From the NCBI GenBank assembly GCA_951406725.2, contig OX597821.1, forward strand, positions 82,770,001-82,834,000: 64,000 nucleotides of DNA. Direction: 5' to 3'. Below, one piece after another: positions 63,906 through 64,000 of the stretch (positions within the stretch are counted from its first letter, which is position 1; each line of letters begins with the position of its first letter). The notes below the pieces were generated by a model that was not told the DNA's origin, made no database searches, and saw only the letters and a list, made by a program, of their open reading frames with translations. A program made the position numbers and the translations under genes. The DNA is from Octopus vulgaris (lineage: Eukaryota).

Positions 63906-64000
63906 TTATTTATAAATGTTTTGAAATCTTTCACAGCCTTGGATTTTTATCTCATTCAGATAATTTTTTTATATATACACACGCTGATATATGACCTGCA

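Noticed and set aside
61449-64000. Further upstream CFAP53 exons
   Set aside because: No coiled-coil-coding segment with valid splice sites was found; they probably lie beyond the window.

Overview
AT-rich, repeat-dense animal genomic DNA. The SINE, RTE and MITE families and the microsatellite load suggest an octopod cephalopod (inference). Two spliced genes can be assembled by hand. (1) On the + strand is a SERINC (serine incorporator, SERINC5-like) gene with 12 visible GT-AG coding exons from 6425 to 41967. All intron phases join into one open frame of 481 aa, but the ATG exon was not found. (2) On the - strand are the last two coding exons of a convergent CFAP53/CCDC11-like coiled-coil gene (59968-61448). 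The rest is mostly transposon-derived: several tRNA-derived SINE families, RTE, CR1 and R4/Dong-like LINE fragments, hAT-, piggyBac- and mariner-like MITEs, and a decayed Ty3/gypsy element. The best candidate for an undescribed system is a small non-coding retroelement combining a tRNA-like head, a minimal hammerhead ribozyme and Penelope-style inverted-repeat-plus-tail insertion architecture with target-site duplications (TSDs) at 14743-15193. A second copy (56897-57021) begins at the predicted ribozyme cleavage site. Most short ORFs in the track are repeat artefacts. All family assignments are by eye; no searches or folding programs were run, and repeat boundaries are approximate.
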